DNA of 64,000 bases, taken from assembly GCA_965116695.1 (NCBI GenBank), contig OZ220706.1, positions 3,024,283-3,088,282 on the forward strand, given 5' to 3'. The notes beneath the pieces are model-generated. The model saw only the letters and a list, made by a program, of their open reading frames with translations, had not been told where the DNA came from and did not search any database. Made by a program: the position numbers and the translations under genes. This document shows, one piece after another, positions 10,069 to 19,595 of this stretch (positions are counted from its first letter, which is position 1; every line of letters begins with the position of its first letter). The DNA comes from Acidobacteriota bacterium. GTDB taxonomy: Bacteria; Acidobacteriota; UBA6911; RPQK01; JAJDTT01.

Positions 10069-11255
10069 TCCCCACTCCCCCTCTTCTTTCCCGCCCCCCA
10101 CTCCACTGCCAGCCGCAGCAGACCCGAATCGGAACCACTGTGGGTCACGGAGAAAGGTTCCTTCCTTTCGGCCAGGTCGTAGGACTGGAGACCGGCGGTG
10201 TCGGTGGCCACGACGTTGAAGTAATACCGGCCTTCCAACAGCGCCATGCGGGGAAAAACCACCCGGGCATGGTAGTCGCCGGGACCGGCCTTCCGGAGCG
10301 GGACTCCGTCGAAGATGGTGCTGGTAACGTAGACGACAACCCCGTCGTCCCGCACCACAGCGACGCCCAGGCCGGGAGTCCCGCGAAACTCGGGAAGAAA
10401 GCGGGCCGATACGTCCAACTCCAGGCTCTCGCCGGTCCGGAAAGGCCCGGTCCGGGGGCGCTGGAGCTTGACATCCTCGATCCAGCAGATCTTTCGGGAA
10501 CCGGCCTCCCGGTCCTGGACCGGGCCCCACTCCCGGCTCCCGGTCCGGCAGAAATCACGGTACCGCCCCACCACGTCGCGGCTTGAACCCACCGCTTGGA
10601 CCAGCCCCCGATGCAGCCACAGGGCTCTGGAACAAAAGGTCTCGATTTGATGAAGAGCGTGGGAGCACAAGACGGCGGTGCAGCCGCGATCCCGGAGGCC
10701 CCGGATTCGATCCAGGCACCTGCTCTGGAACTCGCCGTCTCCCACGGCCAGGACCTCGTCCACGATCAGGACGTCCGGCTCGAAACTGGTCGCCAGGGAG
10801 AAGGCAAGGCGCAACGTCATGCCCGCGGAGTAGGTCTTGAGCGGCCGATCGATCTCGTCGCCAAGGCCACTGAATTCGATGATCCCGGACTCGCGGCGGG
10901 CGATCTCTTCCCTGGAAAAACCGGCCAGCGCGCCTCCGAAGTAGAGGTTCCGCCTTCCCGTGAACTCCGGATCGAATCCGACGCCCAATTCCAGAAGCGC
11001 CGCCACTCGGCCTTGGACCTGGACATCTCCGATGGTGGGAGTGCAGGTGCCGGCCAAAATCTTGAGCAGCGTCGTTTTTCCCGCCCCATTGTTGCCGACG
11101 ATGCCGAAACTTTCGCCGCGCCGGACCCGAAAGCTGACCGATTTCAGGGCCGCGAAGCGCCGATGGGATGGTCTGCCGGAGCCGAGCTCCCGCAACAGGG
11201 CAAATGGACCCGGATAGGACTTGTAGACCTTGCTGACCTGACGGGCCCGGATCAC
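10065..11255 (-). CDS. ABC transporter ATP-binding protein, Wzt/RfbB-like with C-terminal carbohydrate-binding domain
   Basis: Walker A GNNGAGKTT, ALLELGVGFDPEFTGR, YSAGM signature, LIVDEVLAVGD; start placed at GTG 11255 (ORF extends to 11324). Confidence 0.88.
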   Translation of the reverse strand: MIRARQVSKVYKSYPGPFALLRELGSGRPSHRRFAALKSVSFRVRRGESFGIVGNNGAGKTTLLKILAGTCTPTIGDVQVQGRVAALLELGVGFDPEFTGRRNLYFGGALAGFSREEIARRESGIIEFSGLGDEIDRPLKTYSAGMTLRLAFSLATSFEPDVLIVDEVLAVGDGEFQSRCLDRIRGLRDRGCTAVLCSHALHQIETFCSRALWLHRGLVQAVGSSRDVVGRYRDFCRTGSREWGPVQDREAGSRKICWIEDVKLQRPRTGPFRTGESLELDVSARFLPEFRGTPGLGVAVVRDDGVVVYVTSTIFDGVPLRKAGPGDYHARVVFPRMALLEGRYYFNVVATDTAGLQSYDLAERKEPFSVTHSGSDSGLLRLAVEWGAGKKRGSGE

Positions 11256-11358
11256 CTCGGGAGTATACCAGCCGGTGTCGAGACTCCCACGCCGACGACG
11301 AGCGGCCTCGCGTGCGGCAATCACCCGGGACTTGTGCTCAAGCGTCAGGAAGAACCGG

Positions 11359-12621
11359 TCACTTCTTCCTCAGGTCCAGGCAGATCAGACGGATTTCGTT
11401 GCGCAAATAGAGAAGTCCGTGGGAAAGAACCGGTGGAGCCCAGCAAGGGTAGGTGAGAACCCGGGCGCGCGCCTTCTCCCGATACGAGTCCGGACTCAGC
11501 TCCACCAGAGCCAGGTCCCCCCGCTCCCCCAGGAGAATGAGCCGGCCCTCAGCCAGGACGAAACCGGACCGGCCCAGGTCCCGAGGCGATTTCCAGCGAA
11601 CCGCGCCCGTCAGGAACTCGACGCAACGCAGGTTGGCCTGTCCCTCGTGCCGGCCGTCCACGCCGTACAGGTATCCGTCCCGGTAGAGACTCGTGGCCCA
11701 GTGGTTCTGCATGGCCATCCGGTCTCGCCAGACTTCCGCCGGACCCTGCGAACCCAGCTCCAGCAGAACGGCTCCCGTGTTGTAGGTCGCCGAGAGAAAG
11801 ACATGGTTGCCAACCACGACGGGCGTGGCGGCATTGACCGACTCATAGCTGCGGGAGCGGAACGGATAGCGGTACAGTTCACGGCCGTCCGCCGCGTCCA
11901 CGGCCAGGAAGCCTTCCCGGGTCAGGAACATGGCGACTCGCCGTCCGTCCAGGTCGACGACGGCCGGCGTCGAGTAGCTCGCCTCGTCGTCGCCGGTCTT
12001 CCAGATGGTCTCTCCCGAGCGCTTGTCCACCGCCAGGACACCCGCACCGTCGCCGCCCGCGTTCACCAGGATTCGATTCCCTTCGACGACGGGAGCCGAA
12101 CCGACGCCAAAAAAGTTCTGGGGGACACGGTAGTCCCGGTTGATCCACCGCTGCCAGAGGATTCGGCCGGTGGAGAAATCCAGGCAGGTGAGCTTGCCCT
12201 CGGCCCCGAAGGTGTAGACACGGTCTCCGTCAATGGCGGGGGAGGATCGGGGGCCGTTGTTGTAACCGTAACGATCCAGGTAACGAGTGGGATACGCCTG
12301 CTTCCAGACGGGACGCCCCGTCCCGGCTTCCAGACACTCGACGACCTCCTGGCCCCGAATCCGGTGAAATACGATGATCCGGCCGGCAGCGGTCACGGGC
12401 GGACTGAACGACCGGCCCAGACTCCGTTCCCAGACCAGAGGCGGACCCTCTTCGGACCATTCCTCCAGCAAACCCGTCTCGCTTGAACTGCCGTCGCCCC
12501 GGGGCCCCAGGAACCGGGGCCAATCCTCTCCTCCGGTCTCTGCCGGTAGCGGCAGGCAAAACGAAACCCCCAGGAACAACGGGAAGAACCATCGAGGCAC
12601 GCGACGAAGAGGCGAGTACAT
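11359..12621 (-). CDS. PQQ-like (BamB-type) beta-propeller repeat protein, exported
   Basis: Signal peptide, DWPRFLGP, repeated A.D..TG...W blades, YSTP, WAPPVLS..LYLRN. Confidence 0.85.
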   Translation of the reverse strand: MYSPLRRVPRWFFPLFLGVSFCLPLPAETGGEDWPRFLGPRGDGSSSETGLLEEWSEEGPPLVWERSLGRSFSPPVTAAGRIIVFHRIRGQEVVECLEAGTGRPVWKQAYPTRYLDRYGYNNGPRSSPAIDGDRVYTFGAEGKLTCLDFSTGRILWQRWINRDYRVPQNFFGVGSAPVVEGNRILVNAGGDGAGVLAVDKRSGETIWKTGDDEASYSTPAVVDLDGRRVAMFLTREGFLAVDAADGRELYRYPFRSRSYESVNAATPVVVGNHVFLSATYNTGAVLLELGSQGPAEVWRDRMAMQNHWATSLYRDGYLYGVDGRHEGQANLRCVEFLTGAVRWKSPRDLGRSGFVLAEGRLILLGERGDLALVELSPDSYREKARARVLTYPCWAPPVLSHGLLYLRNEIRLICLDLRKK

Positions 12622-12623
12622 TT

Positions 12624-14165
12624 CTATTCCCTTCGGGCAGGGAAATGTCCGGCCGCTGCGGCGGGCGACAGGCCGTGCACCCGAATCGAAGCCATTGTCC
12701 CGTTTCCCGCGTGATCGACCGCCTCCACCCGAATTCGATTCTCTCCCTCCCGGAGCCGCAGGTCACAACTGAATTCCGTGTCCCAAGATCGGATCGGCGT
12801 CCCGTTGCAGATCACTTGGGCGACCCCGGAGACGGCGTCTCGAACCATCCCCGTCAACCTCAGCCCCCCCTCCTGCAGCCGAGCTCCGGTCCTGGGCCAC
12901 GTCACCTCGATGGACGGAGGCTGCTTGTCCAGCTTGACTTCAAGATCCAGCGATGTGCTGTTTCCCGCCCGATCGACGGCCATGCCCCTGAGCCGGCGAA
13001 CCGGCCCTTCGGTGGTGATTTGCAGGTCGGGACTCACACTGGCCAGCCCGGCCAGGTTGTCCTCAGCTTTGAACGAAACGGTCACGTCCGAATTGTGCCA
13101 GCCCCGGCTGTTCGGCGGGGGAGTGGTCTCGACCTGGAGGACGGGCGGGGTGCCGTCCACCATGACGGTTCCGGTGATGGGAAACGATGCGGCCCGGTAC
13201 TCGCCCGGCTTGCGCACGGGAATCCGGCCCCGGCGCCGGTCGTAGACCGTGAGTCTCGTGAGTTGGCCGAAGGCCAGGTAGGGGTAACTCCCGTCGGGCA
13301 CGAGGCGTCCGGTTCCGTCCGTGCCGTCCCAGGGACGATTGTTCAGGATTCGGATCACGTCGCCGCTGGCAGGATCCTGAATGACCCGGACATAGTCCAG
13401 CGAATAGTGTCCCCGGGCCAGGATCTTGAAGGTGATGGACAGGGTGCTGGTGGCCAGTTCCGGAGAAAACGGATCGGGAGAGTCGCGGAAGGCAATGACC
13501 GCCAGGCTCTGGCGGCGAACCGCCTGCTGGGACACCTCCCAGGCCTTCTTCAGGGCATCCATGGCCTTCCGGGAATTGTCGTGCCGGCCGGCTTTCTCCA
13601 ATTCCCGAAAGGCTCTCTCCACCTTCCACTCGTCGGCCAGTCCGACGGCGCTCAACCGCTGGGCCGCTTCGATGGAGGCCCGTGCGATCTCCGTCTGAGC
13701 CTCGAGGAGGGTCCTTGCCACCCGCTGGAAGACCGACTGGGCCTCGCGGTTCCCGCGCACCGATCTGATGCCCCTCTGGAGCCGGCTCAGCGCCCGCTTG
13801 TTGTACTTGAAGACCCTCTTTCCGTCGGGATACGAACGGATCTGACTCCCATCGAGATAGAGGCTCTCTCCCTTGTGGGACAGGCTTTCGGAGATGGCCT
13901 CCACGATGTCGTCCACCGAACGTTTGACGCGCCGGTTGGAGCCGGGAAGCTGCCGGAGTCGGAGAATCGCCTCCCGCAAGAGCTCCTGAGGCGGCGGACC
14001 GGACTCGGCGCCGGAGGCTGAGGAAAGGTCGAATCGCGCCGCCGGCGACGAACCGGCATGGCCGGCAGGGTTCTGACCCGAGACGGTTTCCGCCGAAACC
14101 AGGAGAAGAGGCAGGAACAGCCAAGCCGCCCACCTGCCCGCACGCTGCTCCATCTTCGACTCCAC
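12624..14165 (-). CDS. Exported hypothetical protein with FlgD-like and tandem Ig-like domains
   Basis: Signal-like N-terminus; PDPFSP and WDGTDGTGRLVPDGSY (FlgD Ig); D.TPP...AVDRAGN and LREGENRIRVEAVDHAGN (Ig-like repeats). Confidence 0.65.
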   Translation of the reverse strand: MESKMEQRAGRWAAWLFLPLLLVSAETVSGQNPAGHAGSSPAARFDLSSASGAESGPPPQELLREAILRLRQLPGSNRRVKRSVDDIVEAISESLSHKGESLYLDGSQIRSYPDGKRVFKYNKRALSRLQRGIRSVRGNREAQSVFQRVARTLLEAQTEIARASIEAAQRLSAVGLADEWKVERAFRELEKAGRHDNSRKAMDALKKAWEVSQQAVRRQSLAVIAFRDSPDPFSPELATSTLSITFKILARGHYSLDYVRVIQDPASGDVIRILNNRPWDGTDGTGRLVPDGSYPYLAFGQLTRLTVYDRRRGRIPVRKPGEYRAASFPITGTVMVDGTPPVLQVETTPPPNSRGWHNSDVTVSFKAEDNLAGLASVSPDLQITTEGPVRRLRGMAVDRAGNSTSLDLEVKLDKQPPSIEVTWPRTGARLQEGGLRLTGMVRDAVSGVAQVICNGTPIRSWDTEFSCDLRLREGENRIRVEAVDHAGNGTMASIRVHGLSPAAAAGHFPARRE

Positions 14166-14366
14166 GACTCGAGAACCACCCGATGAGACGCAGCACGAAC
14201 GCCCCGGGCGTGGTTCATCAGGTTAGCCCTACCCGCTACAGTTTGCCAGAGCGCATCCTGCCCCGCCCGGCCGGAGGCAGCAGCCCCGGTCCCGGCGCTG
14301 CGTGAGACTTTCGCCACGGACTGTTAATATCGGCGTCATCCCCAACCTTTTCTGTGAGGTGAGACT

Positions 14367-15470
14367 ATGAGCGAAAAATACCGGGTCGCGGTCATCGGCC
14401 GGACCAACCGAGGCAACTATGGGCACGGACTGGACACCGTCTGGCCGGCGGTGGACCGGACGGAGCTGGTCGCCGTCGCCGATGAGGACGAGAAGGGTCT
14501 CAAGGAAGCGACTGAACGCCTGGGAGTCAAGGCCGGTTACTCGGACTACCGGGAGATGCTGCGGCAGGAACGTCCTCAGATCGTGAGCGTGGCGCCCCGG
14601 TGGCTGGACTGCCACCACGACATGGTGTTGGCCTGCGCCGAGTACGGAGCCAGCATCTTCCTGGAAAAACCCATGTGCCGGACCCTGGCCGAGGCGGACG
14701 CCATGGTGGAGGCCTGTGAACGTTCCCACGTCAAGCTGGCCATCGCCCACCAGACCCGCTACAGCCCCAAGATCCAGGTGATCAAGGACCTGATCGCCGA
14801 GGGACGTCTGGGCCGGGTTTTGGAATTCTGCGGTCGCGGCAAGGAGGACCGCCGAGGTGGCGGCGAGGACCTGTGGGTCCTGGGGACGCATATCTTCGAC
14901 CTGATGCGCATTTTCGGGGGAAACGCCCTCTGGTGCTACGCCCGGGTGACCCAGGACGGCCGCCCCGTGACCCGCGCCGACGTGGTCGATGGCGCCGAAG
15001 GCATCGGCGCATTGGCCGGAGACCGGGTGGAAGCCATGTACGGCATGGAGAACGGCGCGGGCGCCTATTTTTCGAGCCACCGGAACGCGGCCGGGAGACC
15101 GACCCGTTTCGGCCTCACGATCCGGGGATCCAAGGGACTGCTCGAGACTTACACCGGTTCGGTTCCCGACGTGCACCTGTTGGAGGACTCCGCGTGGTCG
15201 CCGGGCAGGACCGGCTCCAAGTGGGTGAGCGTGAGCACGACCGGCGTCGGGAAGCCGGAGCCGCTGGAAAAGGGCGGGGCTCACCAGGGGAACATCTGGA
15301 TCTGCGAAGATCTGATCCGGGCGATCGAGGAGGATCGGGATCCGATTGGCAGCGTCTACGAGGCTCGCGGAGCCACCGAGATGATCGTGGCGGCCTTCGA
15401 GTCCCATCGCCAGGGAGGCCCCGTCAAACTGCCCCTGGAGAATCGGGAGAATCCCCTGCGTTCCCTATGA
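14367..15470 (+). CDS. Gfo/Idh/MocA family oxidoreductase
   Basis: N-terminal Rossmann-like region, FLEKPM motif, GTH.FD; RBS GAGGTG. Confidence 0.9.
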   Translation: MSEKYRVAVIGRTNRGNYGHGLDTVWPAVDRTELVAVADEDEKGLKEATERLGVKAGYSDYREMLRQERPQIVSVAPRWLDCHHDMVLACAEYGASIFLEKPMCRTLAEADAMVEACERSHVKLAIAHQTRYSPKIQVIKDLIAEGRLGRVLEFCGRGKEDRRGGGEDLWVLGTHIFDLMRIFGGNALWCYARVTQDGRPVTRADVVDGAEGIGALAGDRVEAMYGMENGAGAYFSSHRNAAGRPTRFGLTIRGSKGLLETYTGSVPDVHLLEDSAWSPGRTGSKWVSVSTTGVGKPEPLEKGGAHQGNIWICEDLIRAIEEDRDPIGSVYEARGATEMIVAAFESHRQGGPVKLPLENRENPLRSL

Positions 15471-16219
15471 GCCCCGGCGCGTCGGAGAGGCGGCTCATTT
15501 TCGCCCTGGATGTGGCCGGCCGGACCGAGGCGGAGTCCCTGGTCGCCGCGCTGCGGCCTTCCGTGGGCTTCTTCAAGGTGGGCCTCGAACTCTTCGTTTC
15601 CGAAGGACCCGACCTGGTGCGGTGGCTGGTCCGGGAAGGACTGGACGTTTTCCTGGACCTCAAGCTGTACGACATCCCGGCGACCATGCGCCGCTCCGCC
15701 GCCGCGGCCTCGCGGCTGGGCGCCCGCTTCATCACCATCCACGACGCGGGAGCCGGAGCGGCGGCCGCCCGGGAGGGAGCGGGCGATTCCCGGCTGCAGG
15801 TACTCTGCGTCACCCTGCTCACGAGCGTGGATGCCCGGGACCTGCGGGACAGCGTGGGAGTGGGGTCAGGAGGACGGTTCCGGAATTTGGACGAATACGT
15901 CGGCTGGAGGGCCCGGACCGCGGTCTCCAACGGCTGCGACGGATTGATCTGCTCCGGCCGGAACGTGCGCAGGCTGCGCCGTGAGCTGGGTCCGGACCCG
16001 ATCCTCGTCTGCCCCGGCATCCGGCTCGGCGGGGACCGGCCCGACGACCAGAAACGGGTGGTCACCCCCTATCGCGCAGTCCGGGACGGCGCCGACTACC
16101 TGGTGGTGGGGCGGCCCATCCGCGACGCCGCCGACCCCCTGGCGCAAGCCCGGAAGATCCTGTCCGAGATCGATCGAGGCCTCCGGGACCGGGAATCCAG
16201 CGAAGGGCCGGACGTCTAG
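15467..16219 (+). CDS. pyrF: Orotidine-5'-phosphate decarboxylase
   Basis: LIFALDV, FKVGLEL, FLDLKLYDIPAT, PGIR, DDQKRV.TP, GADYLVVGRPI; ATGA overlap. Confidence 0.96.
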   Translation: MSPGASERRLIFALDVAGRTEAESLVAALRPSVGFFKVGLELFVSEGPDLVRWLVREGLDVFLDLKLYDIPATMRRSAAAASRLGARFITIHDAGAGAAAAREGAGDSRLQVLCVTLLTSVDARDLRDSVGVGSGGRFRNLDEYVGWRARTAVSNGCDGLICSGRNVRRLRRELGPDPILVCPGIRLGGDRPDDQKRVVTPYRAVRDGADYLVVGRPIRDAADPLAQARKILSEIDRGLRDRESSEGPDV

Positions 16220-16658
16220 CCGACCCGCATCTCCCAAGACACCTGCGTCAGGGGCGTGGCGCCGCGTGAAGCGGTCAAAATGATCATCGTCGAGGCGTTC
16301 GGAGACGCCACGCTGTATCCCCGACGCTGTCCCACCCGGTTAACCGGACTGCCGGGAAGCGTGTCAAGTTATTGGCATGGATCACTCTATCCATTTGCAA
16401 TATAGATACTTAGGCCGTCAAATTAGGCGTCGGAGAAAGTGTGCGACAGACTTGGTTTGCGAGCGATCCAAGTCTGATTACCTGCGGACCAAGGCGGGCG
16501 TTGGACGGATGGGAACCGGGGAGACAATGACTTTCGTCACGGACACTCAGAGCCGAGCAACATCGGAACCGTGCGACCGAAGCTCTATCGTACAATGATC
16601 TCGTGAAAACATGATTTCTACCAGTCGATCACCTTCATGGAGCCGTCCAGACCGGGGT

Positions 16659-16673
16659 TCGAACTTGCGTTCG
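16659..16673. promoter_or_regulatory. Candidate LexA (SOS) box, Cheo-box type, upstream of ruvA
   Basis: TCGAAC-TTGC-GTTCG matches CGAAC-N4-GTTCG; ends 62 bp before ruvA ATG. Confidence 0.45.
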
Positions 16674-16735
16674 GGCGCGAGCCAGCCGAACCGGATCTTT
16701 CGCGTCGACCATTGGCTTAACGGGGTTGGGACGGG

Positions 16736-17332
16736 ATGATCGCTCGCCTCACAGGCCTCCTCGCGGAGAAGGCGGCCGGACGCGTCATCGTGGACGTTCG
16801 CGGGGTCGGATACGAGGTTCACATCCCCTTCTCGACCTACTACGAGCTGGGTTCCGAGTCGGACCCTGTCACCCTCCAAATCTACACTCACGCGAAAGGG
16901 GATCAGCTCAGTCTCTATGGTTTCTCCACTGTCAGAGAGAAGGAGCTTTTCACGCGCCTCATCCAGGTATCGGGCATCGGTCCTCGACTGGGAATCGCCA
17001 TCCTGTCGGGAATGCCGGTCAACGAGTTTCTGGAGGCCGTCGCGGCCCAGGACGTGGCCCGGCTCTGCGCCGTTCCCGGCGTGGGCAAGAAGACGGCGGG
17101 ACGGATCGTCCTGGAAATGCGCGACCGGTTGCGGGGTTTGGCGCCGCCGGTGGAGACGGCCGCCATTTCGGGGGTTCCGGCACAACTGCGGCAGGATGTC
17201 GTCTCCGCCCTGGTCAACTTGGGCTATCCCAAGAAGATCGCGGAGAGGGCCGTCACCCGGGTGCTCAAGCAGGAGAGTCCGGATCGCTTCGAGGATCTGC
17301 TCAAGAGCACGTTGCGCAAGATCTCCAGGTAA
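16736..17332 (+). CDS. ruvA: Holliday junction branch migration protein RuvA
   Basis: MIARLTG, GVGYEV, LYGF, VSGIGP, VPGVGKKTA, ALVNLGY. Confidence 0.97.
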   Translation: MIARLTGLLAEKAAGRVIVDVRGVGYEVHIPFSTYYELGSESDPVTLQIYTHAKGDQLSLYGFSTVREKELFTRLIQVSGIGPRLGIAILSGMPVNEFLEAVAAQDVARLCAVPGVGKKTAGRIVLEMRDRLRGLAPPVETAAISGVPAQLRQDVVSALVNLGYPKKIAERAVTRVLKQESPDRFEDLLKSTLRKISR

Positions 17333-17369
17333 CCGGAGGATGGCGCCGGACTTGAAATAGAGCGGCCCA

Positions 17370-18425
17370 ATGCCGGTGGAAGCCGAATCTCAGAGGAACG
17401 GGCAGGTGCAGGACCGGATCATGAATCCCCGGCATCAGGAGGAAGAGGTCCTCTACGAGACCGACCTCCGTCCTCGCCGGCTGCGCGACTTTGTCGGTCA
17501 GAAGCAGGTGAAGGAGGGGCTCTCCGTCGGCATCGAAGCCGCCCGCCGCCGCGGGGAGGCCCTGGACCACATTCTGATTTTCGGACCCCCCGGGCTGGGA
17601 AAGACCACTCTGGCCCACGTCATCGCCCATGAGCTCGAGGTCAGCTTCCGCTCCACCTCCGGCCCCGCCATCGAGAAACGAGGGGACCTGGCCGCCATTC
17701 TCACCAACCTGGAGGACAAGGACGTTCTCTTCATCGACGAGATCCACCGGCTCCATCCCGCCATCGAGGAGATCCTCTACCCGGCCATGGAGGACTTCCA
17801 GATCGACATCATCATCGGCGAAGGCCCGGGCGCCCGCTCCATCAAGATCGACATACCCCGGTTCACGCTGGTGGGGGCCACGACCCGCACCGGACTGATC
17901 ACCTCCCCGCTCCGGGGAAGGTTCGGCATCATGCAGCGACTCGATTTCTATGACGTCGAGAGCCTGGTCTCCATCATCCTCCGTTCCGCGGGAATTCTGG
18001 GCGTGGAGATCGACCTGAAAGGAGCGGCCGAGGTGGCGCGAAGGAGCCGGGGCACGCCGCGGATCGCCAACCGCCTCCTCAAGCGGGTCCGCGACTACGC
18101 CCAGGTGCGGGCCAACGGAAAGATTTCCCGGGACATCGCCTGCCGGGGCCTGGAACTCATGAACGTGGACCGGTTCGGATTCGACGAGATCGATCGCAAG
18201 CTCATGGACACCATCATCAGCCGGTTCGAAGGTGGCCCCGTCGGCCTGAGCACCCTCTCCGCCGCCATCAGCGAGGAGAAGGGCGCCATCGAGGACATCT
18301 ACGAGCCCTACCTGATTCAGATCGGCTTCATCGCCCGCACTCCCCGGGGCCGCGTGGCCACTCCCCTGGCCTATTCCCACCTGGGCCTCGAAGCGGCGCC
18401 TCCCCAGAAAAGCCTGTTCCGCTGA
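17370..18425 (+). CDS. ruvB: Holliday junction branch migration helicase RuvB
   Basis: [51 protein letters not shown]; exact start uncertain. Confidence 0.98.
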   Translation: MPVEAESQRNGQVQDRIMNPRHQEEEVLYETDLRPRRLRDFVGQKQVKEGLSVGIEAARRRGEALDHILIFGPPGLGKTTLAHVIAHELEVSFRSTSGPAIEKRGDLAAILTNLEDKDVLFIDEIHRLHPAIEEILYPAMEDFQIDIIIGEGPGARSIKIDIPRFTLVGATTRTGLITSPLRGRFGIMQRLDFYDVESLVSIILRSAGILGVEIDLKGAAEVARRSRGTPRIANRLLKRVRDYAQVRANGKISRDIACRGLELMNVDRFGFDEIDRKLMDTIISRFEGGPVGLSTLSAAISEEKGAIEDIYEPYLIQIGFIARTPRGRVATPLAYSHLGLEAAPPQKSLFR

Positions 18426-18495
18426 CGCCGCCGGGACTCAGCGACTCTCGCGGCGGGCGGATATCCGTCCGTGGTGAAAGTCTCGCGAGCACCGA

Positions 18496-18592
18496 GACCG
18501 TTCCTGCGCCCGCCGGACAAGGCGCTTACGGCGCGCATACCGGGAGTATGTGAGCCCATAGCAACGCCGTCCGCGCCTGTGCAGGGACGGTC
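18496..18592. repeat. 97-bp long-hairpin intergenic element (MITE-like/structured repeat)
   Basis: Ends GACCGTTCCTGCGC / GTGCAGGGACGGTC are complementary; nested stems GGAC/GTCC, GGC/GCC, GCT/AGC, CATAC/GTATG. Confidence 0.55.
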
Positions 18593-18635
18593 GAACGCCG
18601 TGACGACATTTGCCACGGGCTGATATCATACGCCC

Positions 18636-19595
18636 GTGTCGAACGGTGCCGGAATCGCCAGTCTGACGGAGAGATTCAAGGCCCTCCAGTACTCGGTGGA
18701 ACGGATCATCAAGGGCAAATCCGAGGTGGTGGAACTGGCCGTGGTGAGCCTGCTGGCACGGGGGCACATGCTGGTGGAGGACGTCCCCGGCGTCGGCAAG
18801 ACCACCTTGGCCCATGCTCTGGCGCGGTCCGTCGACTGCCGCTTCCAGCGCATCCAGTTCACCAGCGACCTGCTTCCCTCCGACCTGACCGGGACCTCGG
18901 TCTTCAACCAGGTGCACCGGGACTTCGAGTTCCGGCCCGGCCCCCTGTTTGCCAACGTGGTGCTGGCGGATGAAGTCAACCGCACCACCCCCAGGACCCA
19001 GAGCGCCCTGCTCGAGGCCATGAGCGAGGCGAAGATCACGGTGGACAATCACACCCACCTGCTGCCTCAGCCCTTCATGGTGATCGCCACCCAGAACCCC
19101 ATCGAACACCACGGAACCTATCCCCTGCCCGAGTCCCAGTTGGACCGGTTTCTCATGCGCATCTCCATGGGCTATCCCAGCGAGTCTCACGAAAAGGAGA
19201 TTCTGCGCTCGTCGGGGCAGCAGGACACCCTTGATCTCGATCCGGTCATCAGCACCGAGGATCTCCTGAGGGGCCAGGAAGAAGTCCAGTACGTGAGGTT
19301 CGAGGAGACGCTCCTGCAATACCTCATGGAACTGGTGAGGGCGACCCGGGAGTGCGAGCTCCTGGCCCTGGGAGTGAGCACCCGCGGCGCCATGTTCCTG
19401 TACCGGGCGTCCCAGGCGCTGGCCTATTTCCAGGGTCGATCCTACTGCACTCCGGACGACGTCAAACGCTTGGCGGTGCCCGTGTTTTCCCACCGTGTCC
19501 TGGTGAGTCCCAGACATGCCTCGCCGCTGGAAAAGACCCGCGAAGCCGAATCCATCATTGAGGATCTTGTGGACCAGGTCGAGGTCCCGGTCTGA
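18636..19595 (+). CDS. moxR: MoxR family AAA+ ATPase
   Basis: EDVPGVGKT, RIQFTSDLLPSD, LADEVNR..PRTQSALLEAM, ATQNP.E..GTYPLPESQLDRF. Confidence 0.93.
   Translation: MSNGAGIASLTERFKALQYSVERIIKGKSEVVELAVVSLLARGHMLVEDVPGVGKTTLAHALARSVDCRFQRIQFTSDLLPSDLTGTSVFNQVHRDFEFRPGPLFANVVLADEVNRTTPRTQSALLEAMSEAKITVDNHTHLLPQPFMVIATQNPIEHHGTYPLPESQLDRFLMRISMGYPSESHEKEILRSSGQQDTLDLDPVISTEDLLRGQEEVQYVRFEETLLQYLMELVRATRECELLALGVSTRGAMFLYRASQALAYFQGRSYCTPDDVKRLAVPVFSHRVLVSPRHASPLEKTREAESIIEDLVDQVEVPV

Noticed and set aside
6168-10530. ORF-track N-terminal extensions of the peptidase (to 6794), permease (to 9019) and ligase (to 10530), suggesting fusions or long overlaps
   Set aside because: Extensions lie inside upstream genes in another frame; internal starts with stop/start overlaps or signal peptides fit better
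16377-16598. 73-aa and 61-aa ORFs in the pyrF-ruvA spacer
   Set aside because: No RBS, no recognisable motif, atypical composition
16650-16685. GGTTCGAA...CCA resembling a tRNA/tmRNA 3' end (possible att site)
   Set aside because: The T-stem does not pair properly and there is no acceptor stem; better explained by the SOS-box-like palindrome
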